A stretch of 64,000 nt of DNA, taken from assembly GCA_963813325.1 (NCBI GenBank), contig CAWEYM010000002.1:70391-134390 (forward strand). The letters are read 5' to 3'. Below, one piece after another: positions 25,275 to 34,091 of the stretch. Below the pieces are notes generated by a model. It worked only from the letters and a program-made list of their open reading frames with translations. It did not search any database and was not told where the DNA came from. Each line of letters begins with the position of its first letter. Position 1 is the stretch's first letter. Position numbers and translations under genes: made by a program. Origin of the DNA: an uncultured Acidobacteriota bacterium. Its GTDB lineage: Bacteria > Acidobacteriota > Vicinamibacteria > Vicinamibacterales > JAKQTR01.

Positions 25275-26479
25275 CGGACCGGAAGCTGAACATCCTGCAG
25301 ATCTGCGATCATCTCGGCTGGGAAGGATCCCGCATGCACGGGGTCAAGCGGCTGTTCGCCTGGATGATCCCGCGCTTCGACCCGGCGCGCTACAACGTGT
25401 CGCTCGTCAGCCTCCGGAAGAAGGACCTGTCGGAGGAAACGCTGGAGTCGTTCGGCGTCGACATCACGTACCTCCACAAGTCGAAGTTCGATCCGGCGAC
25501 GCTGACCGCGCTGCTGAAGGTCATCGACGCCAAGCGGATCGACATCCTGCACATGCACGGGTACGGCGCGACGACCTTCGGGCGCGGGGCCGCGGCCATC
25601 CGGAGGCTGCCGGCCATCCTGCATGAGCACGCGAACCTGACGGACACGCCGTGGTTCCAGAAGGTCGCCGACAGGGCGCTCGAGCCGTTCACCGACATCG
25701 CGATTGCCGTGTCGAAGAGCACCGCCGACTTCGTGATCAACGCGCGCCTGGTCCGGCCGGAGAAGGTGAAGGTGGTGTACCTGGGCGTCCCCCTCGACGA
25801 GTTCAGCCTCGTGCGCAGCCCGGCTGGAATCGCGGAGGCCCGGCGCGAGATCGGCCTGGCGGACGACGACTTCGCGATCGGGAGCGTGACGCGATTGCAC
25901 GACTCGAAGGGCAACGAGTACCTCGTGGACGCGGCGCGGATGGTGCTCGACGCGAACCCGCGGGCCAGGTTCTTCCTGGTTGGGGAGGGCCCGCTGCTCC
26001 CCGCGTTGCAGGCACAGGCGGCCCGGCTCGGCCTCGGGGACCGGTTCGTGTTCTCGGGGTTCGTTCGCGACGTGGCCCGGATCCTGTCGGCCTTCGACCT
26101 GAGCGTGTTCCCGTCGTTGTGGGAGGGGACGCCGCTCACGGGCTTCGAGGCGCTCGCGGCCGGCCGCGCAATTGTGGCCACCGACGCGGACGGCCTGGTC
26201 GACATCCTCCGGGACGGGTACGATGCGCGCATCGTGCCGAAGCGCAACGCGCGGGCCCTGGCCGACCAGATCCTGGCGCTCATGGGCCAGCCGGACGAGC
26301 GGGCGCGGCTCGCGGCCAACGCGCGGGTCACGAGCCGCCGGTACGACATCAACACGTTCGTCAGGAAAATGGAACGGCTGTACCCGCTCCTCCACGAGAC
26401 GTCGCGGCGGACGCACCGCCGCGGCATCCTCGAGGCGGACCTGGACTTCCTGGCGGCCGACAATCCCGATCGGGTGTAA
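25271..26479 (+). CDS. Glycosyltransferase family 4 (GT-B)
   Basis: Contains FPSLWEGTPLTGFEALAAGRAIVATD (EX7E-type motif). The start forms an ATGA overlap with the upstream gene. Confidence 0.85.
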   Translation: MTDRKLNILQICDHLGWEGSRMHGVKRLFAWMIPRFDPARYNVSLVSLRKKDLSEETLESFGVDITYLHKSKFDPATLTALLKVIDAKRIDILHMHGYGATTFGRGAAAIRRLPAILHEHANLTDTPWFQKVADRALEPFTDIAIAVSKSTADFVINARLVRPEKVKVVYLGVPLDEFSLVRSPAGIAEARREIGLADDDFAIGSVTRLHDSKGNEYLVDAARMVLDANPRARFFLVGEGPLLPALQAQAARLGLGDRFVFSGFVRDVARILSAFDLSVFPSLWEGTPLTGFEALAAGRAIVATDADGLVDILRDGYDARIVPKRNARALADQILALMGQPDERARLAANARVTSRRYDINTFVRKMERLYPLLHETSRRTHRRGILEADLDFLAADNPDRV

Positions 26480-26483
26480 CACG

Positions 26484-28390
26484 GTGGACGAGCCAGCCAG
26501 CAACACGGGTTCACCCGTCACGACCGAGACCCGGCCGTCCCATCGCATGGATGCGGCGCCGGGCCTGGTGGCCGCCGTGCTCGTGCTCTGCGTGTACGGG
26601 GGCCTGGGCCTCTCGGTGGACTTCTCGCGCGCCGCGTTCGGCATCCAGAGCGACGAGGCCACCTACTACATGATGGGGCACAGCCTGGCCGAGGACGGCG
26701 ACCTGGCCTACCGCCGCGAGGACCTGGCGCGCGTCTGGCGGGACTTCCCGACGGGCCCGTCGGGCGTGTTCCTGAAGAAGGGCCGCGACCTCGACGTCTC
26801 CGTGAACGGGACCCCCCCGTTTGTCCACGTGCAGTCGGCGCCCGATCCGGACGCCGCGGAACTGTTCTTTGGGAAGTCGTACGCGTACCCACTGTTTGCG
26901 GCGCCGTTTGTCGCCCTGTTCGGCACCAACGGGTTCCTGGTGTTCCACGCGGTGCTGCTCGCCCTGATGGTCCTCGCCGGCTACCTGTTTCTCAACGCCC
27001 GGACGTCGCCCGTCCCCGCGCTCGTGCTGGCGGTCGGGTTCCTGATGGCCTCGGTGGCGCCGGCGTACTACGTGTGGATCACGCCGAGCTCTTCGACCTC
27101 GCGCTGGTCGTGCTGGGGTATTTCGCCTGGCTCTACAAGGAGGTCGCGCGGCCCGACGGCGTGCCCCGGGGGGCCCGCTGGCTCCTCCAGCCGCGTTCGG
27201 ACATCGTGGCGGTGCTGCTGCTGGGCGTGGCGACCTTCTCGAAGCCGTCGAACATCCTCCTGGTCCTGCCCCTGCTGGCGTGGCTCGTCATCAAGCGACG
27301 ATGGCGCCGGGCCGCGGCCTGCGGCCTCCTGTTCGGCGCGTGCGGCGCCGTGCTGCTCGCTGGCAACGTGGCGGTCACGGGCGACTGGAACTTCCAGGGC
27401 GGCGACCGTCGGACCTTCTACGGGGTCTACCCGTTCCAGGACCGGCTGGTGAGTTGGGATGCGGTCGGGCAGGACCGCGCGACCAACCGCGTCCTGACAG
27501 AGATCATCTTCGACCGGCGCGTGTTCTGGACCGTCTTCTCGCACAACCTCGCGTACTTCTTCATCGGTCGGTACTCGGGGCTGTTGCCGTACTTCTTCCC
27601 GGCCGTGTTCGCGCTCGGCGCGTTCCTGGTGCGCCGGCGGTGGCGACGGCCCTGGCAGTGGCTGGTTCTCGGCGCTGCGCTGGCCGAGATCCTGCTGCTG
27701 ATCATCTGGATTCCCTACAACTACTTCGGCGGCGGGGGAGTGCTGGGCAATCGGTACTTCATGAATACGTACGGGCTGTTCCTGTTCCTGCTGCCGCCCG
27801 TCGAATCGATTGGGGCAGCGATCGTCCCGTGGGTGGTCGGCGGCCTGTTTGCCGCCCAGATCACGCTCAATCCCTTCTTCGCGTCCTTCAACCCGGCCGA
27901 GCATGCCAAGCAGGGCCCGCTCCGTCTGCTGCCCGTCGAGCTCACCCTGGTCAACGACCTGCCGATCAACACGCAGGCCAATCGCGCCCGCGTCTGGTTC
28001 GGCCAGCAGCGCCGCTTCCAGATCTACTTCCTGGACGACAACGCGTTCGGGCGGGAAGACCTGAGCTTCTGGGTGCGCGGCCGGTCGACGGCCGAGTTCC
28101 TCGTGAAGACCGTTGAGCCGGCCTCGAGTCTCCGGCTGGTCATCGACACGGGCGATGTGCCCTCGCGCATCACCGTGTCGCGCGGGTGGTGGAGCCAGAC
28201 GGTGGATCTGCCGCCGAAGCAGTCGACCACGGTGTCCGTCCCGCTCGACGCGGGCTTCCCGTACCAGGGCACGCGTGTCTGGGTGGTGTCGGTGCGCGGC
28301 AGCGGCGGGTTCGTGCCGATGTTCCTCACGGCCGGCTCGACCGACAACCGGTATCTGGGCGTGCGCGTCACGCCCGAGTTGATGCCCTAG
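26484..28390 (+). pseudogene. GT-C-type (GT39/83-like) polytopic membrane glycosyltransferase split by a -1 frame change near 27080-27090
   Basis: The first part (frame of ORF 26172..27452) has the first-loop acidic motif SDEATYYMMGHSLAEDGDLAY and reads ..APAYYVWITP. The protein-like sequence then continues in the frame of ORF 27074..28390 (ELFDLALVVLGYFAWLY..). The start is GTG 26484 or ATG 26547. Confidence 0.6.
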
Positions 28391-28404
28391 AGGCGGATGC
28401 ACAC

Positions 28405-29448
28405 GTGAAGCGCATCGCGGTGGTGACGTCGAGCCCGCTGCTGGCCGAAGGCGGTCACCTGGTGATTGCCCGGGCGCTGGTCGCCGCGCTGAGGGAAGCC
28501 GGGCATGAAGCGGGGCTCATCCTCACCCCCCAGAATCGCTTCGGCCGGCAGGCGTCCGCCTACGTCGCGACATGGCTGACCGATGTCGGCGTGACCCATA
28601 ACGGCGGCCACGTCGACCACGTGATCAGTTTCCGGTACCCCAGCTACGCGGTCCGCCACCCGTCGCACGTGTGCTGGCTCAACCACCGCATGCGGGAGTA
28701 CTACGACCTGTGGGATCGCTTCAGCGGCCCGCTGTCGTGGCGCGCACGGATCAAGGAACGGATCCGGCGACGGGCCATCCACGCGGTCGACCGGTATCTC
28801 CTCACGCGCAACGTGTCGCGTCTCTACGCGCAGTCGCGCACGATCCAGCGCCGCCTCGAGCGCTTCGGGGGGATTCCAGCGGAGGTGCTGTACCCGCCCC
28901 CGCCGCAGAGACCCTACCGGTGCGACGAGTACGGTGACGACCTGTTCGCCGTGTCGCGCCTTACGCCGCTGAAACGGATGGACCTGCTCATCCGCGCCCT
29001 CGCGGAGCCGGACGCCGCGGGCATCCGCTGCACCATAGCGGGGGATGGCGACGAGGCGGCCCGGCTCGACGCGCTGGTGCGCGAGCTCGGCCTCCAGGGC
29101 CGCGTGCGGCTGATCGGCGCGGTGGGCACGGATGACCTCGTCGAGTACCTCGCCCGCTGCCGGGCGGTGGTCTTCCCGGCCTTCGAGGAGGATTTCGGCC
29201 TGGTCACGGTCGAGGCCTTCGCCTCGCGCAAGGCCGTCGTCACCTGCACGGACAGCGGCGGTCCAGCGGAACTGGTGGAGGACGGGGTGCAGGGCTTCGT
29301 GTGCCTGCCCGAGCCTCGCGCCCTTGCGGGGGCCCTGCGCCGGCTGGCAGACGACCTGGCGCTAGCCGAGCGGATGGGCGCGGAGGCCGCCCGCGTGGCC
29401 TCGGCGATCACGTGGCCGCGCACGGTGGAGAAACTCCTCCTGCGGTAG
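28405..29448 (+). CDS. Glycosyltransferase family 4 (GT-B)
   Basis: Contains FPAFEEDFGLVTVEAFASRKAVVTCTDSGGPAE (EX7E motif). GTG start. Confidence 0.8.
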   Translation: MKRIAVVTSSPLLAEGGHLVIARALVAALREAGHEAGLILTPQNRFGRQASAYVATWLTDVGVTHNGGHVDHVISFRYPSYAVRHPSHVCWLNHRMREYYDLWDRFSGPLSWRARIKERIRRRAIHAVDRYLLTRNVSRLYAQSRTIQRRLERFGGIPAEVLYPPPPQRPYRCDEYGDDLFAVSRLTPLKRMDLLIRALAEPDAAGIRCTIAGDGDEAARLDALVRELGLQGRVRLIGAVGTDDLVEYLARCRAVVFPAFEEDFGLVTVEAFASRKAVVTCTDSGGPAELVEDGVQGFVCLPEPRALAGALRRLADDLALAERMGAEAARVASAITWPRTVEKLLLR

Positions 29449-29461
29449 ACTGGGTCCACCG

Positions 29462-30256
29462 ATGGCCTACCGCAGCTCCCTCGAAGCCCGGCTTGCCCGG
29501 AAAGTGACCAGGGCCGCCGTGGCGTACAACCTGATTGCCGACGGCGACCGCATCATGGTCGGCCTCTCGGGCGGCAAAGACTCCTGGGCCTTGATGCAGA
29601 TCCTCGATGTCCTGCGCCAGCGCGCCCCGATCCGCTTCTCGCTGGTTGCGGTGACCGTGGACTCCGGCTACGAGGAATTCCGCAGCGACCTGGTGGCTGC
29701 GGCCTGCGCCGATCGCGGCTGGGAGCACCACCTGGAGCGCACGTCCATCGGCGAGGTGATCGACGACCTGCTCGAGCCGGCCGACACGCCTTGTTCACTG
29801 TGCGCACGACTGCGGCGAGGGGTGCTCTACCGGCTGGCGACGAGCCTCGGCGCCACGAAGATCGCCCTCGGCCATCATGCCGACGATTTCGTGGAGACGC
29901 TGCTCCTCAACCTGTTCTTCGCGGGCTCGATCAAGGCGATGCCGGCGCGCCTGGTGTCCGACGACGGCCGCCACGTCGTCGTCCGCCCGCTGGTCCTGGT
30001 CACGGAACACGACGCCCGGGCCTATGCGAAGGAGAGCGGCCTCCCCATCATCGGGTGCTGCTGCCCGGCCTGCGGCGACTTCAGCCTGCAGCGGCAGCGG
30101 ATCAAGCGACTGGTCGCAGACCTGGAGCACGAGCACCCGGGTGTGAGGAAGTCCCTCCTGCGCGCGCTCGCCAACGTCGCGCCGCGCCATCTCCTCGATA
30201 CGCGGCTGAACCCGGTCGCCGACACGGTGCGCGACCTGGCCCGGTCCGCATCATGA
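29462..30256 (+). CDS. ttcA: tRNA 2-thiocytidine biosynthesis protein TtcA
   Basis: Has the PP-loop SGGKDS and the Cys motifs CSLCARLRRG and GCCCPACG. Confidence 0.85.
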   Translation: MAYRSSLEARLARKVTRAAVAYNLIADGDRIMVGLSGGKDSWALMQILDVLRQRAPIRFSLVAVTVDSGYEEFRSDLVAAACADRGWEHHLERTSIGEVIDDLLEPADTPCSLCARLRRGVLYRLATSLGATKIALGHHADDFVETLLLNLFFAGSIKAMPARLVSDDGRHVVVRPLVLVTEHDARAYAKESGLPIIGCCCPACGDFSLQRQRIKRLVADLEHEHPGVRKSLLRALANVAPRHLLDTRLNPVADTVRDLARSAS

Positions 30257-30702
30257 GAGCGGTCGTCCAGCGGGTCACCTCGGCCCGCGTCGTGGTCGAC
30301 GGCGTCACGGTGGGCGACATCGGCCACGGACTGCTGGCGCTCGTCGGTGTCGCCGGCGACGATGGGCCGGCCGACGTGCGGTACATCGCGACGAAACTGA
30401 ACGACCTGCGCGTGTTTCCCGATGAGCAGGGCAAGATGAACCGGTCGCTGGGCGAGGCCGGCGGATCGATCCTCGCGGTCTCGCAGATCACGCTCTATGG
30501 CGATTGCCGTCACGGCCGGCGGCCGTCGTTCACGCGGGCCGCGGGGCCGGAAGCGGGGCGCCTGCTCTTCGACGCCGTCGTCCAGAGTCTGCGTGAGGCC
30601 GGAGTGGTCGTGGCGACGGGAACCTACCAGGCGCACATGGCCGTGGAACTGGTGAACGACGGGCCGGTGACAATCCTGCTGGACAGCCGCAAGGAGTTCT
30701 GA
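30253..30702 (+). CDS. dtd: D-aminoacyl-tRNA deacylase
   Basis: Begins MRAVVQRVTSARVVVDG and contains SQITLYGD and NDGPVT motifs. The start forms an ATGA overlap with ttcA. Confidence 0.9.
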   Translation: MRAVVQRVTSARVVVDGVTVGDIGHGLLALVGVAGDDGPADVRYIATKLNDLRVFPDEQGKMNRSLGEAGGSILAVSQITLYGDCRHGRRPSFTRAAGPEAGRLLFDAVVQSLREAGVVVATGTYQAHMAVELVNDGPVTILLDSRKEF

Positions 30703-30723
30703 CGGGCGCTATGACCTCCCTTT

Positions 30724-30793
30724 AACCTACAACCTATAACCTACAACCTATAACCTATAACCTATAACCTACAACCTACTCCCTATTCCCTAT
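30724..30793 (-). repeat. Ten in-phase heptamer units (plus strand AACCTAY x8 then TCCCTAT x2), the reverse complement of ATAGGTT/GTAGGTT/ATAGGGA
   Basis: Read directly from the sequence. The units are identical to those at 1256-1297 but in opposite orientation. The last 18 nt (30776-30793) encode the glpD C-terminus ..IGNRE plus its stop. Confidence 0.95.
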
Positions 30794-32407
30794 GACGGGC
30801 GCGTAGAACCGTGCGAGGCCCGACACCTCCTCGGCCTGGCGTGCCGCGTCCCAGCCCAGGTCCCGGGCCAGCATGGCGAGGCTCGCCCGCACGGCCGCCT
30901 GGCCCGGGTGCCCGGCGACGCCAAGACCCGTGCGCCGGACCACGACGTCGGTCAACGTCAGTGCCATTTCGGCGCGAACCGCGTGGACGAGTTCAGCCAG
31001 GATCGCGGGAGACGCCGGTGTGATCGGCGCAGCCAACTCAGGACGCTCGCGGCACAGCGCCGCGACCTGGCGCCACCCTGTACCGTGCGTCTCCACGAGG
31101 TGGACGGCCGCCGCGTCGGTGAGAATCTCCCGCGTCGACCCGACAGCCTCGCGCCGCTCGCTCTCCAGCGACGGCATCTCCCCGCCCGGCAGCGGCGTCG
31201 TGCCGGTCCGGCAGGCCGGGGACCTGCCCAGTTTGCCGCAGGCCGCGTCGATCGCCTGTTGAGCCACGCCGCGCGCGGTCGTGTATTTCACGCCCACCAT
31301 CGAGATGGCGCCGTCGACCCCGTCCCGGGCATGATCGACGACGCGGTGATGCCCGCGCAGCCCGAGGGTGCCGTTGCGGTTCCGCTCGGCCGGCACGACG
31401 CCCCGGTGCACCAGCGTCACATCGCGATCCGTGAGGGCCAGGTCCGGGAACGCGCTGTTCACCTCACTCACGAACGCGGACAACTCGGCGGGCGCCACGT
31501 CGGACTCGTGCGGTTCGACGAGACGATCCGAGTGCGAGGTGCCCACGAGCGCGCGGCCCTGCCACGGCATGATCAGCAGTAATCGGCCGTCGGACGTGGG
31601 AGCACCGATGGCGGTCGACCCGGCGGGCCGGCCGGTCACCAGGTTCATCGCCTTCAGCAGCGGGAAGTCGTGCGGCGCGCCCATCGCCTCCATGAAGCGG
31701 CCGGTGAACGCCCCGGCGGCGTTGACCACGACACGGGCCTCGACCTCGAGGGTCTGTCCCGTGACGCGGTCGCGCACCGCGAACCCGGTGACACGTCCGT
31801 TCGACACCCGCGGCGCGAGCGCCTCGACGTAGTTCGCCAGCACGGCGCCGTGGGCGTCCGCGGCCAGAGCGAAGGCCAGCGTGAGCCGATCCGTGTGCGC
31901 CATGTGGTAGTCGTACCACCGGGCCCCGCCCGTGACGTGGGCGGGGCGCTCGCCGCCGAAGACCGCCGCGCACGCCTCGCGCGAGATGAGCCGCCCTGCC
32001 GGCAGTCGCAGGGACGGCCACAGGCCCGCGTTGCGATCGAAGCCGACGCAGGCATCGAGCCACAGGCCGGCCTGCATCGCGAGGCGGCCTCGCATCAGCG
32101 TGCGCGTCGTGTCGATGACGAAGGGCAGCGGGGCGACCAGGTGCGGAGCGATGCGCGCGAGCGCACGCCGCTCGCCGACCGAGAAGCGGGCCTTGACGAG
32201 GTCGCCGCGCTGAAGCGATCGCAGGCCGCCGTGCACCGTCTTGGCGTGGTTGAACGAACTGCCGCTGCCGAAGTCGCCGCGCTCCACCAGCGCGACAGAG
32301 AGCCCCCGTTGCGCGGCGTCGTACGCCGCGGCCAGGCCGTGGATGCCGCCGCCAATGACGAGGACGTCGTGTCGGCGCGCGGTGAGGCGAGCGAGATCGC
32401 GGATCAT
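30776..32407 (-). CDS. glpD: FAD-dependent glycerol-3-phosphate dehydrogenase/oxidase
   Basis: Has the N-terminal dinucleotide fold DVLVIGGGIHGLAAAYDAAQRG, the motif GSGSSFNHAKTVHGGLRSL and a C-terminal GlpD-type domain. Confidence 0.85.
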   Translation of the reverse strand: MIRDLARLTARRHDVLVIGGGIHGLAAAYDAAQRGLSVALVERGDFGSGSSFNHAKTVHGGLRSLQRGDLVKARFSVGERRALARIAPHLVAPLPFVIDTTRTLMRGRLAMQAGLWLDACVGFDRNAGLWPSLRLPAGRLISREACAAVFGGERPAHVTGGARWYDYHMAHTDRLTLAFALAADAHGAVLANYVEALAPRVSNGRVTGFAVRDRVTGQTLEVEARVVVNAAGAFTGRFMEAMGAPHDFPLLKAMNLVTGRPAGSTAIGAPTSDGRLLLIMPWQGRALVGTSHSDRLVEPHESDVAPAELSAFVSEVNSAFPDLALTDRDVTLVHRGVVPAERNRNGTLGLRGHHRVVDHARDGVDGAISMVGVKYTTARGVAQQAIDAACGKLGRSPACRTGTTPLPGGEMPSLESERREAVGSTREILTDAAAVHLVETHGTGWRQVAALCRERPELAAPITPASPAILAELVHAVRAEMALTLTDVVVRRTGLGVAGHPGQAAVRASLAMLARDLGWDAARQAEEVSGLARFYAPVIGNRE

Positions 32408-32430
32408 CGGGAACGGGGCCGCGCGATCCG

Positions 32431-33249
32431 TTGCCGGTCGCGTCCAACTATTCTATAGTAGCGCCCGTGGCGCACGCGACAGCTCCTTCGTCCGCGACGA
32501 TCGGCGACGTTCGTCGGTACTGGAATCAGCACATCCACGATCTCGAGATCACGAAGCATCCCGTGGGCTCGCCCGGGTTCTTCGCGGATCTCGACGAATA
32601 TCATTTCGACAAGCTCCATCACCTGCTGCGCCTGGTCGATTTCGACGGCCACCGGGGCGCGCGCGTGCTGGAGGTGGGGTGCGGGGCGGGCGTCGACCTC
32701 GTGCGCTTCGCGCGCGGCGGAGCGCACGTCACCGGCGTGGACGTCGCGGATTCGGCAATCGCCCTTGCGCGCCGGAATGTCGGCCACCAGCAGCTGCGGG
32801 CCGAGCTGGCCGTGGCTGACGGCGAGTGCCTGCCGTTTCCAGCCGACACGTTCGACTTCGTGTACGCGCACGGCGTCATCCAGTACACCGCCGACGACCG
32901 CCGCCTCGCCGACGAGGTGCGCCGCGTGCTCAAGCCCGGCGGGACGGCCCTGTTCCAGGTCTACAACCGGATCTCGTGGCTGAATGCGCTGTCGAAAGTG
33001 ATGAAGGTCGGCCTCGAGCACGAGGGCGCGCCCTTCCTGCGCAAGTACAGCCCTGGCGAGTTCAGGCGGCTCCTCGACGGCTTCGCCACGATCCGCATCG
33101 TGCCGGAGCGGTTTCCTGTCCGGTCGAGGCTGCACGGCGGCTGGAAGGGCGCCGTCTACAACGGCCTCTTCGTCGGGCTCTTCAACGCGCTGCCGCGATC
33201 GCTGGTCCGTCGGTACGGCTGGCACCTGCTTGCGTTCTGCCAGAAGTAG
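32431..33249 (+). CDS. Class I SAM-dependent methyltransferase
   Basis: Has motif I VLEVGCGAGVDL and the Methyltransf_11-like FDFVYAHGVIQY. The start is uncertain (TTG 32431 or a downstream GTG). Confidence 0.75.
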   Translation: MPVASNYSIVAPVAHATAPSSATIGDVRRYWNQHIHDLEITKHPVGSPGFFADLDEYHFDKLHHLLRLVDFDGHRGARVLEVGCGAGVDLVRFARGGAHVTGVDVADSAIALARRNVGHQQLRAELAVADGECLPFPADTFDFVYAHGVIQYTADDRRLADEVRRVLKPGGTALFQVYNRISWLNALSKVMKVGLEHEGAPFLRKYSPGEFRRLLDGFATIRIVPERFPVRSRLHGGWKGAVYNGLFVGLFNALPRSLVRRYGWHLLAFCQK

Positions 33250-33284
33250 ACGGACGGCGTCCGGACGCCGGATCGGATCCGCCC

Positions 33285-34091
33285 ATGCTCGATCTCATCA
33301 AGGCGCACGCGTACGGCAACGACTTCCTGTACGTGGAGCATGCCGACCTCGCCTCCCCCGACTGGGCCGGGCAGGCTCGCGCCGTGTGCGACCGTCACAC
33401 GGGGATCGGCGCCGACGGCCTGATCATCTTCACCCGCACTCCGCGTGGCGCCGCGATGCGGCTCGTCAACGCGGACGGCAGCCATGCCGAGGTCTCGGGG
33501 AACGGGGTGCGGGGCCTGGCGGCACTTCTGGCGCGCGATCGGGGCCTCGGCCCAGGCGGGCCGGCGGATCCGGCGACGCTCGTCATCGAGTCGGACGCCG
33601 GTGACAAGGTGCTCACGCTGCTCGACGTGCAGGGCGGACGCTACGTGTTCCGGGCGGCGATGGGCACCCCGGAGGCGATTGCCGAGGTCGTCCTCGACGT
33701 GGCGGGCGATCCCGTGCGCGCGGTGACGCTGCGCGTCGGCAACCCGCAGTGCGTGGTGCTCGAGCCCGCGCTGGACGAGGCCCGCTACCGCCGGCTCGGG
33801 CCAATCCTCGAACGGCATGCGGCGTTTCCCGCGGGCACCAACGTGGAGTTCGCTGTCGTCGAAGCGGCCGATCGCGTGCGCATCCTGATCTGGGAGCGCG
33901 GCGTCGGTCCGACCAGCGCATCCGGCACCGGGGCGTGCGCCGCCGCGGTCGCCGCCGCGGCACACGGCGGCGCGTCGCGGGATGTCGAGGTCGTCTCGCC
34001 GGGAGGAACGCAGCGCGTGGAGTGGCGGCCCGAGGGCCTCTTCCTGACGGGGTGGGCCGAAGTCATCATGGAGGGACGATGGACCCGGTGA
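33285..34091 (+). CDS. dapF: Diaminopimelate epimerase
   Basis: Contains HAYGNDFLYV and the catalytic Cys contexts GNPQCVV and SGTGACAAA. Confidence 0.85.
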   Translation: MLDLIKAHAYGNDFLYVEHADLASPDWAGQARAVCDRHTGIGADGLIIFTRTPRGAAMRLVNADGSHAEVSGNGVRGLAALLARDRGLGPGGPADPATLVIESDAGDKVLTLLDVQGGRYVFRAAMGTPEAIAEVVLDVAGDPVRAVTLRVGNPQCVVLEPALDEARYRRLGPILERHAAFPAGTNVEFAVVEAADRVRILIWERGVGPTSASGTGACAAAVAAAAHGGASRDVEVVSPGGTQRVEWRPEGLFLTGWAEVIMEGRWTR

